Assembly: GCA_041395485.1 (NCBI GenBank)
Contig: JAWLAK010000001.1
Span: forward strand, 520,056-544,055
Reading direction: 5' to 3'
DNA: 24,000 bases
Source: Thiolinea sp.
GTDB taxonomy: Bacteria > Pseudomonadota > Gammaproteobacteria > Thiotrichales > Thiotrichaceae
Shown one piece after another: positions 17,035-24,000 of this stretch (its first letter is position 1; each line of letters begins with the position of its first letter). The position numbers and the translations under genes were made by a program. The notes below the pieces were generated by a model. It ran no database searches, was not told where the DNA came from, and saw only the letters and a program-made list of their open reading frames with translations.

Positions 17035-17351
17035 TGTCACAATTCACGGTTTATCGTAATCCCGGCAAAAGCAGCCGTGCTGCCTATCCTTATTTACTGG
17101 ATATTCAACATTCTGTGTTGGAAGATCTGAATACGCGGGTGGTGATTCCGTTGGGGAAGCTGGCAAACTTTAAGCATGATGCCATGCAGACAATTTCGCC
17201 TGTCATCGAATTTGAAGGTGAACAGCTGGTGCTGTTAACACCGCAGATTGCTTCTGTGCCTGCGCGCTTGTTGAAAGAGCCGGTGGGGTCATTAGCCCAT
17301 TTCCGGAGTGAGATTGTTGCTGCACTGGACTTTGCGGTTTCGGGTTTTTGA
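17034..17351 (+). CDS. ccdB: CcdB-family toxin (gyrase poison fold)
   Basis: The 105-aa product begins MSQFTVYRNPGKSSRAAYPYLLDIQHSVLEDLNTRVVIPL and includes LTPQIASVPARLL. It is colinear with F-plasmid CcdB ([26 protein letters not shown]...VIPL...MASVP). Confidence 0.88.
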   Translation: MSQFTVYRNPGKSSRAAYPYLLDIQHSVLEDLNTRVVIPLGKLANFKHDAMQTISPVIEFEGEQLVLLTPQIASVPARLLKEPVGSLAHFRSEIVAALDFAVSGF

Positions 17352-17391
17352 CAGGCTGATACAGAGGCATTGCTGATATTTCTGTTATGGC

Positions 17392-17419
17392 TTCAACGGT
17401 TTGCATGATGATGTACAAT
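17392..17419 (+). promoter_or_regulatory. Candidate sigma-70 promoter for hsdR
   Basis: The promoter reads TTCAAC (17392-17397)-N16-TACAAT (17414-17419), 38 nt upstream of the hsdR ATG. Confidence 0.3.
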
Positions 17420-17456
17420 CCCCGCAATAATATTTCACCTCACTCCGGGATTTACT

Positions 17457-20400
17457 ATGGGCAACCCGTCTGATGTTTCGGCTAACTTCGGCTTTCTCGG
17501 CGAGCACGATCCCCTGTTTGTCGAACTGGCAGCGGCGGCTGAGCGTGCCTTCAGCAGTGACCCGAATACCACACTGATCAAGTTGCGCCAGCTGGGTGAG
17601 GCAATCGCGCAGCATATTGCGGTGCGTCTGGAGGTGAGTTTTGATGAGCAAACCTCACAGCTGGAGCTATTGCACCGTATAGGGCGCGAGTGGCAGCTGG
17701 AACCGATGGTACGGGAGTTGTTTCATACCCTGCGTATTGAAGGAAACCGCGCCACGCATCAGTTCCGCACGCAGCATAAAGAGGCCATGAACGGCCTGAA
17801 AATCGCGCGGCAGCTGGCGATCTGGTTTCATCAGAGCTTTGGCAAATCCGGAGCAGGCTTCAAACCCGGCCCGTTTCAGCCGGTACGTGATCCCAGTGAG
17901 CAGTTGCGTCAGTTACAGGCGGCGATTAGTGCGCTGAAAGCCGAGCTGCAGCAGGCAAATGTTGCGCTGGATTCCAGTCAGCAGCTCAATGAACTGGTGG
18001 CGCAGGAAAAGGCAGAGTATGAAGCATTGGCGCTGGCGATGGATGCAGAGTCTCGCGAGTTGGCAGCACAGGCCACCCGGCACGAAGCCGAATTGACCCG
18101 CCAGCAGCAGGATTACGAAGCGCGGATTAAAGCCTTGCAGCAACAATTGGCCGCACAGGATGAGCAGGTCAAACGCCGGGAACGCCAGCAATTCAGTCAG
18201 AATGCTGAGGCCGCGACACAACAGGTGGTGCTGGATGAGGCGCTGACGCGGATTCTGATCGACCAGCAACTAATGGACAGCGGTTGGGAAGCGGACAGTG
18301 AAACACTCACCTATCAAAAAGGTGTGCGGCCACAACCTGGTAAATACCTTGCCATTGCTGAATGGCCGACCCGCTATAACGGGCGGAACGGGCGGGCGGA
18401 TTATGTGTTGTTCGCCGGTCTGACCCCGCTGGCGGTGGTGGAGGCGAAACGCGAAAACCTCAATGTCGCCGGTAAAATCACCCAGGCCGAGCGTTATAGC
18501 AAAGGCTTTGCGGTGATCCCGCCGCTGACCGGCGCCTGGGAGTTGGCCGGAATGACGGTGGCGTGGCCGGATGAAGATGACGGGCACTACAAGGTGCCGT
18601 TTGTGTATTCCTGTAATGGCCGTCCTTTGGTGCCGCAACTCAGGGAGCAGTCCGGTACCTGGTTCCGCGATGTACGCAGCCCCGCTAATCTCAAGCGCGA
18701 TTTACCGGGCTTTCATAGTCCGGATGGCCTGTTGGATTTGCTGAAACGCAGTAAACAGGCCGCGCAGGAAAAACTCAGACACGAACCGTTCGGTTATTTA
18801 AAGCTGCGCGATTATCAGCAACAGGCGATTCATGCGGTGGAGCAGGCACTGGAGAATGATGTCCGCCGGGCGCTGCTGGCGATGGCGACCGGTACCGGTA
18901 AAACCCGCACCATTATCGGCCTGATGTATCGCTTCCTGAAAGCCGAACGTTTCCGGCGCATTCTGTTTCTGGTCGACCGCACCGCATTGGGGCAGCAGGC
19001 GCTGGATGCTTTTAACGAAGCACCGCTGGAACAGAATCACACCCTGTCGAAAATCTACAATGTGGCGGAGCTGGGCGATATGGCGGCGGAGGCAGAAACC
19101 CGTGTCCAGGTCGCCACGGTGCAGGCGATGGTCAAGCGTATTTTCATGAGCGATACACCGCCGCCGCTGGATCAGTTCGACTGCATCATTATTGACGAGG
19201 CGCACCGGGGTTATACGCTGGATCAGGAAATGACCGAAGGTGAGCTGGCGACCCGTGATGCCAGCCAGTATTTATCATCCTACCGGCGGGTGCTGGATTA
19301 TTTTGACGCGGTGAAAATCGCCCTGACGGCCACGCCGGCCAAGCACACCAGCGAGATTTTCGGCAAGCCGGTGTATACCTATTCTTACCGTGAGGCGGTG
19401 GCGGATGACTGGCTGATTGACCATGAGCCACCGGTTCGTTATCAAACCCTGCTGACGCAAAACGGCATTCAGTTCAGTAAGGGCGAGACCGTCAGCGCCA
19501 TTAACACCCGTACCGGTGAGGTAGAAAGTGCCGAGCTGGAGGATGAGCTGAATTTTGAGGTCGATGCCTTTAACCGGCGGGTGATCAATGAAAATTTCAA
19601 CCGGGTGATCTGTGAGCAATTGGTACAGGAGCTTGATCCGTTCGGGGAAGAGAAAACGCTGATTTTTTGTGCCACCGATTTGCATGCCGATATGGTGAAG
19701 CGGCTGCTGGATGAGGCGTTCAGTGCGTTGTATAACGGCGAATACAATCAGGCCGCCGTGGAAAAAATTACCGGTCAGAGCGATAAAGTCAGCCAGCTGA
19801 TCAGCCGCTATAAAAACGAGCGTTATCCGAATATTGCGATTACCGTGGACCTGCTCACCACCGGGATTGATGTGCCGAAAATCTGCCATTTGGTGTTTAT
19901 GCGCCGGGTGCGGTCACGGATTTTGTATGAGCAGATGATCGGACGTGCTACCCGGCGTTGTGATCCGATCGGTAAAACCGTGTTCCGCATTTATGATCCG
20001 GTGGATATTTATGCCGCGCTGAGCGAGGTGAACACCATGAAGCCGCTGGTCAAAGACCCGAATATCAGCCTGGCGCAACTGATGGATGAACTGACGCAGC
20101 CTGAGCAGCTGCAGCGGGCGTTAAATGCGCCGGGCGAGCAGGCCGGTGAGACACAGGCGGATGTGGTGCTCAGCCAGCTCAGCCAGAAGGTGATGCGGGT
20201 GCTGCGCAAGGCGGAGAAAAAGGCGGCGACCAAGCCGGGGCTGAAACAGAAGCTGGATCAGTTGGAGCAAGTATGGGGCGTGGAGCCGAAAAAGCTGCAT
20301 CAGCACCTGCACACGCTGGGCCCGCAGCAGGCTGCGCAGTTTCTCACTCAACACAGTGGCCTGACAGATCAGCTGGCTGAGGTGAGCTACCTGATGGGCA

Positions 20401-20981
20401 GTGAGCGGCAGCCGGTTATTTCTGAACATGAAGATGAAATTCGTGAGCGCAGCAAAAGTTATGGTCAATATGAGCGGCCTGAGGATTATCTCGACAGTTT
20501 TAACCATTTTATCCGCGAGCAACTGAACCAGAGTGCGGCGCTGGCGGTGGTGGTGAACAAGCCGCGTGACCTGACCCGTGAACAGCTCAAAGAGGTAAAG
20601 CTGCTGCTGGATGGTGCGGGTTACAGTGAAGCGACACTGCGCACCGCCGTGCGTAACCAGACCAATCAGGACATTGCCGCCAGTATTATCGGTCATATCC
20701 GTCAGGCGGCGTTGGGTGAGCCATTAGTGCCGTTTGAGCAGCGCGTGGCGCAGGCAATGCAGGGGATTTATCAGCGCCGGCGCTGGACACCACCGCAGCG
20801 TAAATGGCTGGAGCGGCTGGCAAAACAACTGGTGCATGAGGTGATTGTTGACCATGATTTTGTGAATAACCGCTTTGCGGATCATGGTGGCGCGAAACAA
20901 CTGGACAAGGTGTTGGGGAACCAGCTGGATAGTGTGCTGGAGGAGCTGAGTGCCGGGCTTTGGTTGCAGTCAAATACCTGA
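17457..20981 (+). CDS. hsdR: Type I restriction enzyme R subunit (EcoAI/EcoEI-like) with an N-terminal DUF4145-like plus coiled-coil extension
   Basis: The 1174-aa product has a nuclease core ADYVLF...AVVEAKRE, helicase motif I MATGTGKTRT, motif II IIDEAHR, later motifs TVDLLTTGIDVP and QMIGRATR, and an EcoEI_R_C-like C-terminal domain (...RWTPPQRKWLERL...). Residues 1 to about 255 are extra. Confidence 0.92.
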   Translation: MGNPSDVSANFGFLGEHDPLFVELAAAAERAFSSDPNTTLIKLRQLGEAIAQHIAVRLEVSFDEQTSQLELLHRIGREWQLEPMVRELFHTLRIEGNRATHQFRTQHKEAMNGLKIARQLAIWFHQSFGKSGAGFKPGPFQPVRDPSEQLRQLQAAISALKAELQQANVALDSSQQLNELVAQEKAEYEALALAMDAESRELAAQATRHEAELTRQQQDYEARIKALQQQLAAQDEQVKRRERQQFSQNAEAATQQVVLDEALTRILIDQQLMDSGWEADSETLTYQKGVRPQPGKYLAIAEWPTRYNGRNGRADYVLFAGLTPLAVVEAKRENLNVAGKITQAERYSKGFAVIPPLTGAWELAGMTVAWPDEDDGHYKVPFVYSCNGRPLVPQLREQSGTWFRDVRSPANLKRDLPGFHSPDGLLDLLKRSKQAAQEKLRHEPFGYLKLRDYQQQAIHAVEQALENDVRRALLAMATGTGKTRTIIGLMYRFLKAERFRRILFLVDRTALGQQALDAFNEAPLEQNHTLSKIYNVAELGDMAAEAETRVQVATVQAMVKRIFMSDTPPPLDQFDCIIIDEAHRGYTLDQEMTEGELATRDASQYLSSYRRVLDYFDAVKIALTATPAKHTSEIFGKPVYTYSYREAVADDWLIDHEPPVRYQTLLTQNGIQFSKGETVSAINTRTGEVESAELEDELNFEVDAFNRRVINENFNRVICEQLVQELDPFGEEKTLIFCATDLHADMVKRLLDEAFSALYNGEYNQAAVEKITGQSDKVSQLISRYKNERYPNIAITVDLLTTGIDVPKICHLVFMRRVRSRILYEQMIGRATRRCDPIGKTVFRIYDPVDIYAALSEVNTMKPLVKDPNISLAQLMDELTQPEQLQRALNAPGEQAGETQADVVLSQLSQKVMRVLRKAEKKAATKPGLKQKLDQLEQVWGVEPKKLHQHLHTLGPQQAAQFLTQHSGLTDQLAEVSYLMGSERQPVISEHEDEIRERSKSYGQYERPEDYLDSFNHFIREQLNQSAALAVVVNKPRDLTREQLKEVKLLLDGAGYSEATLRTAVRNQTNQDIAASIIGHIRQAALGEPLVPFEQRVAQAMQGIYQRRRWTPPQRKWLERLAKQLVHEVIVDHDFVNNRFADHGGAKQLDKVLGNQLDSVLEELSAGLWLQSNT

Positions 20982-21005
20982 TGCTATATATTTTAAGTAT
21001 ATAGC
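20964..21005 (+). promoter_or_regulatory. Candidate vapBC promoter with overlapping inverted-repeat operator
   Basis: The promoter reads TTGCAG (20964-20969)-N17-TATATT (20987-20992). The perfect inverted repeat GCTATATA (20983-20990)-N7-TATATAGC (20998-21005) overlaps the -10 and lies 18 nt before the vapB ATG. Confidence 0.45.
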
Positions 21006-21022
21006 GTTATCGGAGTTTCATC

Positions 21023-21256
21023 ATGCCATTAGGATCTGTTTTTGTAAATAACCGCACGCAAGCGGTGCGACTGCCTGCGAATACCCGTTTTCCTGAGCAT
21101 ATCAAAAAAGTCCGGGTGCGTGTTCTGGGTAAAGACCGGATACTCTCACCGGTAGAAAACACCTGGGACAGCTTCTTTCTTGCAGACGAAACGGTCAGCG
21201 ATGACTTTATGAATGAGCGTGCGTCTCAGGAGCAGGCGGAAAGGGAAAGCTTCTGA
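21023..21256 (+). CDS. vapB: VapB/VagC-type antitoxin (AbrB/SpoVT fold)
   Basis: The 77-aa product has the VagC-like N-terminus [51 protein letters not shown] lies 7 nt before the ATG. The stop overlaps the vapC ATG (TGATG). Confidence 0.88.
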   Translation: MPLGSVFVNNRTQAVRLPANTRFPEHIKKVRVRVLGKDRILSPVENTWDSFFLADETVSDDFMNERASQEQAERESF

Positions 21257-21657
21257 TGCTGAAGTATATGCTGGATACCAATATTGTCATCTATGTGATT
21301 AAGCGTCGCCCGCCTGAGGTGCTGGATACTTTTAACCGCTATGCCAGTCAAATGGCGATCAGCAGTATTACGCTGGCGGAACTGATGCATGGTGTGGAAA
21401 AAAGCGCACAGCCCGAACGTAATTTGCGTCAGGTGGAGGACTTTGTGTCGCGTCTGGATGTGCTGGAGTACGGTAGCGGAGCGGCAGCTCATTATGGCGA
21501 TATTCGTGCTGATCTGGAGCGCAGGGGCACACCCATAGGTGTGAATGATCTGCATATCGCCGGACACGCACGCAGTGAAGGACTGACACTGGTAACGAAT
21601 AATCTGCGGGAATTTGAGCGCGTGGATGGTCTGCGCTTAGTGAATTGGGTGGGATAA
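21256..21657 (+). CDS. vapC: VapC PIN-domain ribonuclease toxin
   Basis: The 133-aa product has MLDTNIVIY (first acidic residue), the SSITLAEL block, IGVNDLHIAGHA and LVTNNLREF, which are the classic VapC/PIN signatures. Confidence 0.9.
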   Translation: MLKYMLDTNIVIYVIKRRPPEVLDTFNRYASQMAISSITLAELMHGVEKSAQPERNLRQVEDFVSRLDVLEYGSGAAAHYGDIRADLERRGTPIGVNDLHIAGHARSEGLTLVTNNLREFERVDGLRLVNWVG

Positions 21658-21660
21658 GGG

Positions 21661-23343
21661 ATGACCCACAACGACATCGTACAAAAACTCTGGAATCTGT
21701 GTGACGTGCTGCGTGATGACGGGATTAACTATAGCGATTATGTCACCGAGCTGGTGTTGCTGTTGTTCATTAAAATGGTGCATGAGAACACTGAGGCGGG
21801 CACGCTGCGCCGCCATCCGCTGCCGAAGGGTTGTCGCTGGACGGATATTAATGCCAAATCCGGGATCAATCTGCTCAATGATTACAAGGTGTTGTTGCTG
21901 ACTTTATCGACGGGTAAGCGGCTGGAGGCCGATCCGGCGAATCCGGGGCAGACCAGGGAAGTACAGGTGCATGAAGATCCGCTGATCAGCGCGATTTATG
22001 CCGATGCGCAAACCCGCCTGCGTGAGCCGCGCCATCTGGAGCAGATGATTAAAACGCTGGATCAGATCGACTGGTTCAGTGCGCAAAAGGACGGGCTGGG
22101 TGATTTGTATGAGGGGCTGCTGGAAAAGAATGCCGGGGAAACCAAGTCGGGGGCGGGGCAGTATTTTACCCCACGGGCATTGATTAACAGCATGGTGCGC
22201 TGTATTGCACCGCAGGCGGGCGAGGTGATTCAGGACCCGGCGGCGGGGACGGCGGGCTTTCTGATTGCGGCGGATGCGTATATCAAGGAAGAGACGGATG
22301 AGTTGTATGACCTGAGCGTGCAGCAGCAAACTTTCCAGAAAAATAAAGCCTTTGTCGGCGTGGAGCTGGTGCCGGGGACGCGGCGGCTGGCGCTGATGAA
22401 CTGCCTGCTGCATGGTATGGAAGGCGATGATGAGGGGGTGGTGCATCTGGGCAATGCGCTGGGTGATGCGGGGAAGGCGCTGCCGCCTGCGGATGTGATT
22501 CTGGCCAATCCGCCGTTTGGCACCAGTAAGGGCGGCGAGGCGAGTAATACCCGTGATGATCTGACCTATAAAACCAGTAATAAGCAACTGGCGTTTTTGC
22601 AGCATATTTACCGCAACCTGAAACCGGGTGGCCGGGCGGCGGTGGTGTTGCCGGATAATGTGCTGTTTGAGGCGGGGGTGGGCACGGAGGTGCGCCGCGA
22701 TCTGATGAACAAATGTAATCTGCATACGATTCTGCGCCTGCCGACCGGGATTTTTTATGCGCAGGGGGTGAAGACCAATGTGCTGTTTTTCAGTAAGGGC
22801 AGTGTGACTGATCCGTTGCAGGATGAGGGCTGTACTGAAAAGGTGTGGGTGTATGATTTGCGCACGAATATGCCGGGGTTTGGCAAGCGCACGCCGTTCG
22901 GGGAGTCGCATCTGTATCCGTTTGAGAAGGTGTTTGGTGAGGCGGCGGATGGCAGCAGCCCGCGTGAGGAGGGGGAGTGGTCGTTTAATGCGGATGCGAT
23001 TGATGTGGATAAAACCACGGTGGAGGAAAATCAGGGGATTGATGAGCGGCTGGCGACTTCGCGCTGGCGGTGTTTCAGCCGGGCGTGGATTGCGGAGAGT
23101 AAGGGGGATTCGCTGGATATTAGCTGGCTGAAGGATAAGGATAGTGTGGATGCGGCGAATTTGCCGGAGCCGGAGGTGTTGGCGGCGGAGGCCAGGGATG
23201 AGTTGACGGCGGCATTGGGGGAGCTGGAGGCGTTGTTGGTGGCTTTGGAGGGTGGAAGTTCGCCTTTGAATGTTCCCGGCATTCAGACTGGGGCTTCAAC
23301 TCAGGATATACTGGATGCGGTAAGAGAATCACGGGAGGGTTAA
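21661..23343 (+). CDS. hsdM: Type I restriction-modification N6-adenine DNA methyltransferase subunit
   Basis: The 560-aa product has the HsdM N-terminal domain (IVQKLWNLCDVLRDDG), the AdoMet motif DPAAGTAGFL and the catalytic motif NPPFG. It starts 3 nt after the vapC stop. Confidence 0.93.
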   Translation: MTHNDIVQKLWNLCDVLRDDGINYSDYVTELVLLLFIKMVHENTEAGTLRRHPLPKGCRWTDINAKSGINLLNDYKVLLLTLSTGKRLEADPANPGQTREVQVHEDPLISAIYADAQTRLREPRHLEQMIKTLDQIDWFSAQKDGLGDLYEGLLEKNAGETKSGAGQYFTPRALINSMVRCIAPQAGEVIQDPAAGTAGFLIAADAYIKEETDELYDLSVQQQTFQKNKAFVGVELVPGTRRLALMNCLLHGMEGDDEGVVHLGNALGDAGKALPPADVILANPPFGTSKGGEASNTRDDLTYKTSNKQLAFLQHIYRNLKPGGRAAVVLPDNVLFEAGVGTEVRRDLMNKCNLHTILRLPTGIFYAQGVKTNVLFFSKGSVTDPLQDEGCTEKVWVYDLRTNMPGFGKRTPFGESHLYPFEKVFGEAADGSSPREEGEWSFNADAIDVDKTTVEENQGIDERLATSRWRCFSRAWIAESKGDSLDISWLKDKDSVDAANLPEPEVLAAEARDELTAALGELEALLVALEGGSSPLNVPGIQTGASTQDILDAVRESREG

Positions 23344-23461
23344 AAGCCAAATCCCCTCCGTCTCCCCTTTTGCAAAGGGGAGTGCCCTCCAGCAAAAACA
23401 GGTGGTTATCGAAGGGTCTCCCCCTTTGCAAAAGGGGGAACAAGGGGGATTTAAGGCTTTT
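23343..23461. repeat. Composite palindromic REP/MITE-like element
   Basis: There are two 9-bp-stem hairpins: CTCCCCTTT-tgc-AAAGGGGAG (23362-23382) and TCCCCCTTT-gca-AAAGGGGGA (23419-23439). They are enclosed by imperfect terminal inverted repeats, AAAAGCCAAATCCCC (23343-23357) and GGGGATTTAAGGCTTTT (23445-23461). Confidence 0.6.
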
Positions 23462-23496
23462 GTGGTATCCAGTACATAGATCACGGACAGGACATA

Positions 23497-23691
23497 ATGG
23501 ATAGAGAACCAGAACAGATTTTAGTGGATGGGAAGCCGGAAGTGGTTGCTGCGGCTGAGGACAAGGCTGCTGAGATACTGCGGAATATCCGCCTTGCTGA
23601 GTTGAGTAAAGATATTTCGTTGCAATCCATGCGGGGTGTGCTGAAAGGTGCTAACGCGGATGATTATCGTGATCGGCGGGATCGGTTTTAG
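23497..23691 (+). CDS. Small hypothetical protein of 64 aa with an acidic N-terminus and RDRRDRF C-terminus
   Basis: The ATG is preceded by AGGA at 4-nt spacing. The stop is 2 nt before the next ORF. I recognised no family, so coding status is unproven. Confidence 0.4.
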   Translation: MDREPEQILVDGKPEVVAAAEDKAAEILRNIRLAELSKDISLQSMRGVLKGANADDYRDRRDRF

Positions 23692-23693
23692 AT

Positions 23694-23891
23694 ATGGGTA
23701 TCACAGAGACTATTCACCACAAAACCAAGCAAGAGACTGATAGTTTTGAGCAAATGCTGGATGAAAAACGTCAGTATTTTGCTGAAACAGGGGTTGAGTC
23801 ACTGACTGATAAGCCTGCTTATGTCACAAGAAAATTGACGCTGGAAGAAATGGATGCGGCGGTGGATTATGAAGCTGGTTGGCATAAATGA
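23694..23891 (+). CDS. Small hypothetical acidic protein of 65 aa
   Basis: The ORF follows the previous one after a 2-nt gap, which could allow coupled translation. A 60-nt line counted by hand is A/T-rich (25/60 G+C at 23701-23760). I recognised no family. Confidence 0.4.
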   Translation: MGITETIHHKTKQETDSFEQMLDEKRQYFAETGVESLTDKPAYVTRKLTLEEMDAAVDYEAGWHK

Positions 23892-23937
23892 TTGAGGCCG
23901 GCGTATGTTGTTGGTAACTTTGGGAGAATGAAGTTAA

Positions 23938-24000
23938 TGAAAACTTTGGATATTCCTGAAGGATGGATTAAGGCAAAACTACCTGAAATTGCTGCGATTA
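23938..24000 (+). CDS. hsdS: Type I restriction-modification specificity subunit, 5' fragment truncated by the window end
   Basis: MKTLDIPEGWIKAKLPEIAAI matches the characteristic HsdS N-terminus (LPEGW..xxLxEI). GGGAGAA lies 8 nt before the ATG. Confidence 0.6.

Noticed and set aside
17385-17651. An 88-aa minus-strand ORF across the hsdR start
   Set aside because: It overlaps the hsdR promoter and the DUF4145-like coding region in antisense. It has no SD and no recognisable motif.
17913-20973. A series of minus-strand ORFs inside hsdR (17913-18269, 18270-18638, 18798-19205, 19275-19889, 20121-20696, 20686-20973)
   Set aside because: All are antisense to the continuous 1174-aa HsdR frame. 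They have skewed R/L/Q/H composition and no motifs, so I treat them as shadow ORFs.
21904-22911. A 335-aa ORF on the minus strand, entirely inside hsdM
   Set aside because: It is antisense to a gene with unmistakable HsdM motifs. The translation is extremely R/H/Q/L/I-rich with low complexity, which is typical of the antisense frame of G+C-rich coding DNA. There is no SD and no recognisable domain.
23120-23443. A 107-aa minus-strand ORF (…PLLQRGRPF…TPLCKRGDGGDL…) over the hsdM end and the repeat element
   Set aside because: Its peptide motifs are simply the translated palindromic hairpins of the REP/MITE-like element, followed by a P-rich antisense reading of hsdM.
1-24000. A search for CRISPR arrays, tRNA/rRNA genes, integrases or transposases
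   Set aside because: I found no regularly spaced direct repeats, no cloverleaf-like or rRNA-like segments in the intergenic regions, and no recombinase-like ORFs by eye. A tRNA or covariance-model scan would be needed to exclude small RNAs formally.

Overview
This is a proteobacterial-type chromosomal segment, and it falls into two parts. Positions 1-15.8 kb are mostly housekeeping or physiology genes: ilvE plus a small zinc-finger ORF, a convergent hsp20-lon heat-shock pair, a class I PHA synthase with an unusual lysine-rich tail, an NhaD-type antiporter, an orphan secreted protein, and a two-gene NAD-type formate dehydrogenase operon (fused FdsG/B plus FdsA). This part is interrupted at 9075-11004 by a complete ORF-containing group II intron. 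Positions 15.9-24.0 kb look accessory. They hold an orphan 249-aa protein, a ccdAB toxin-antitoxin pair, and a mosaic type I (EcoAI/EcoEI-like) restriction-modification locus. In that locus hsdR carries an N-terminal DUF4145-like plus coiled-coil extension of about 255 aa. A vapBC module sits between hsdR and hsdM. hsdM is separated from a truncated hsdS by a composite palindromic repeat and two small unknown ORFs. I found no rRNA, tRNA or CRISPR array. Most long ORFs antisense to these genes look like compositional artefacts. All family assignments come from reading the translations by eye; no database search was run.
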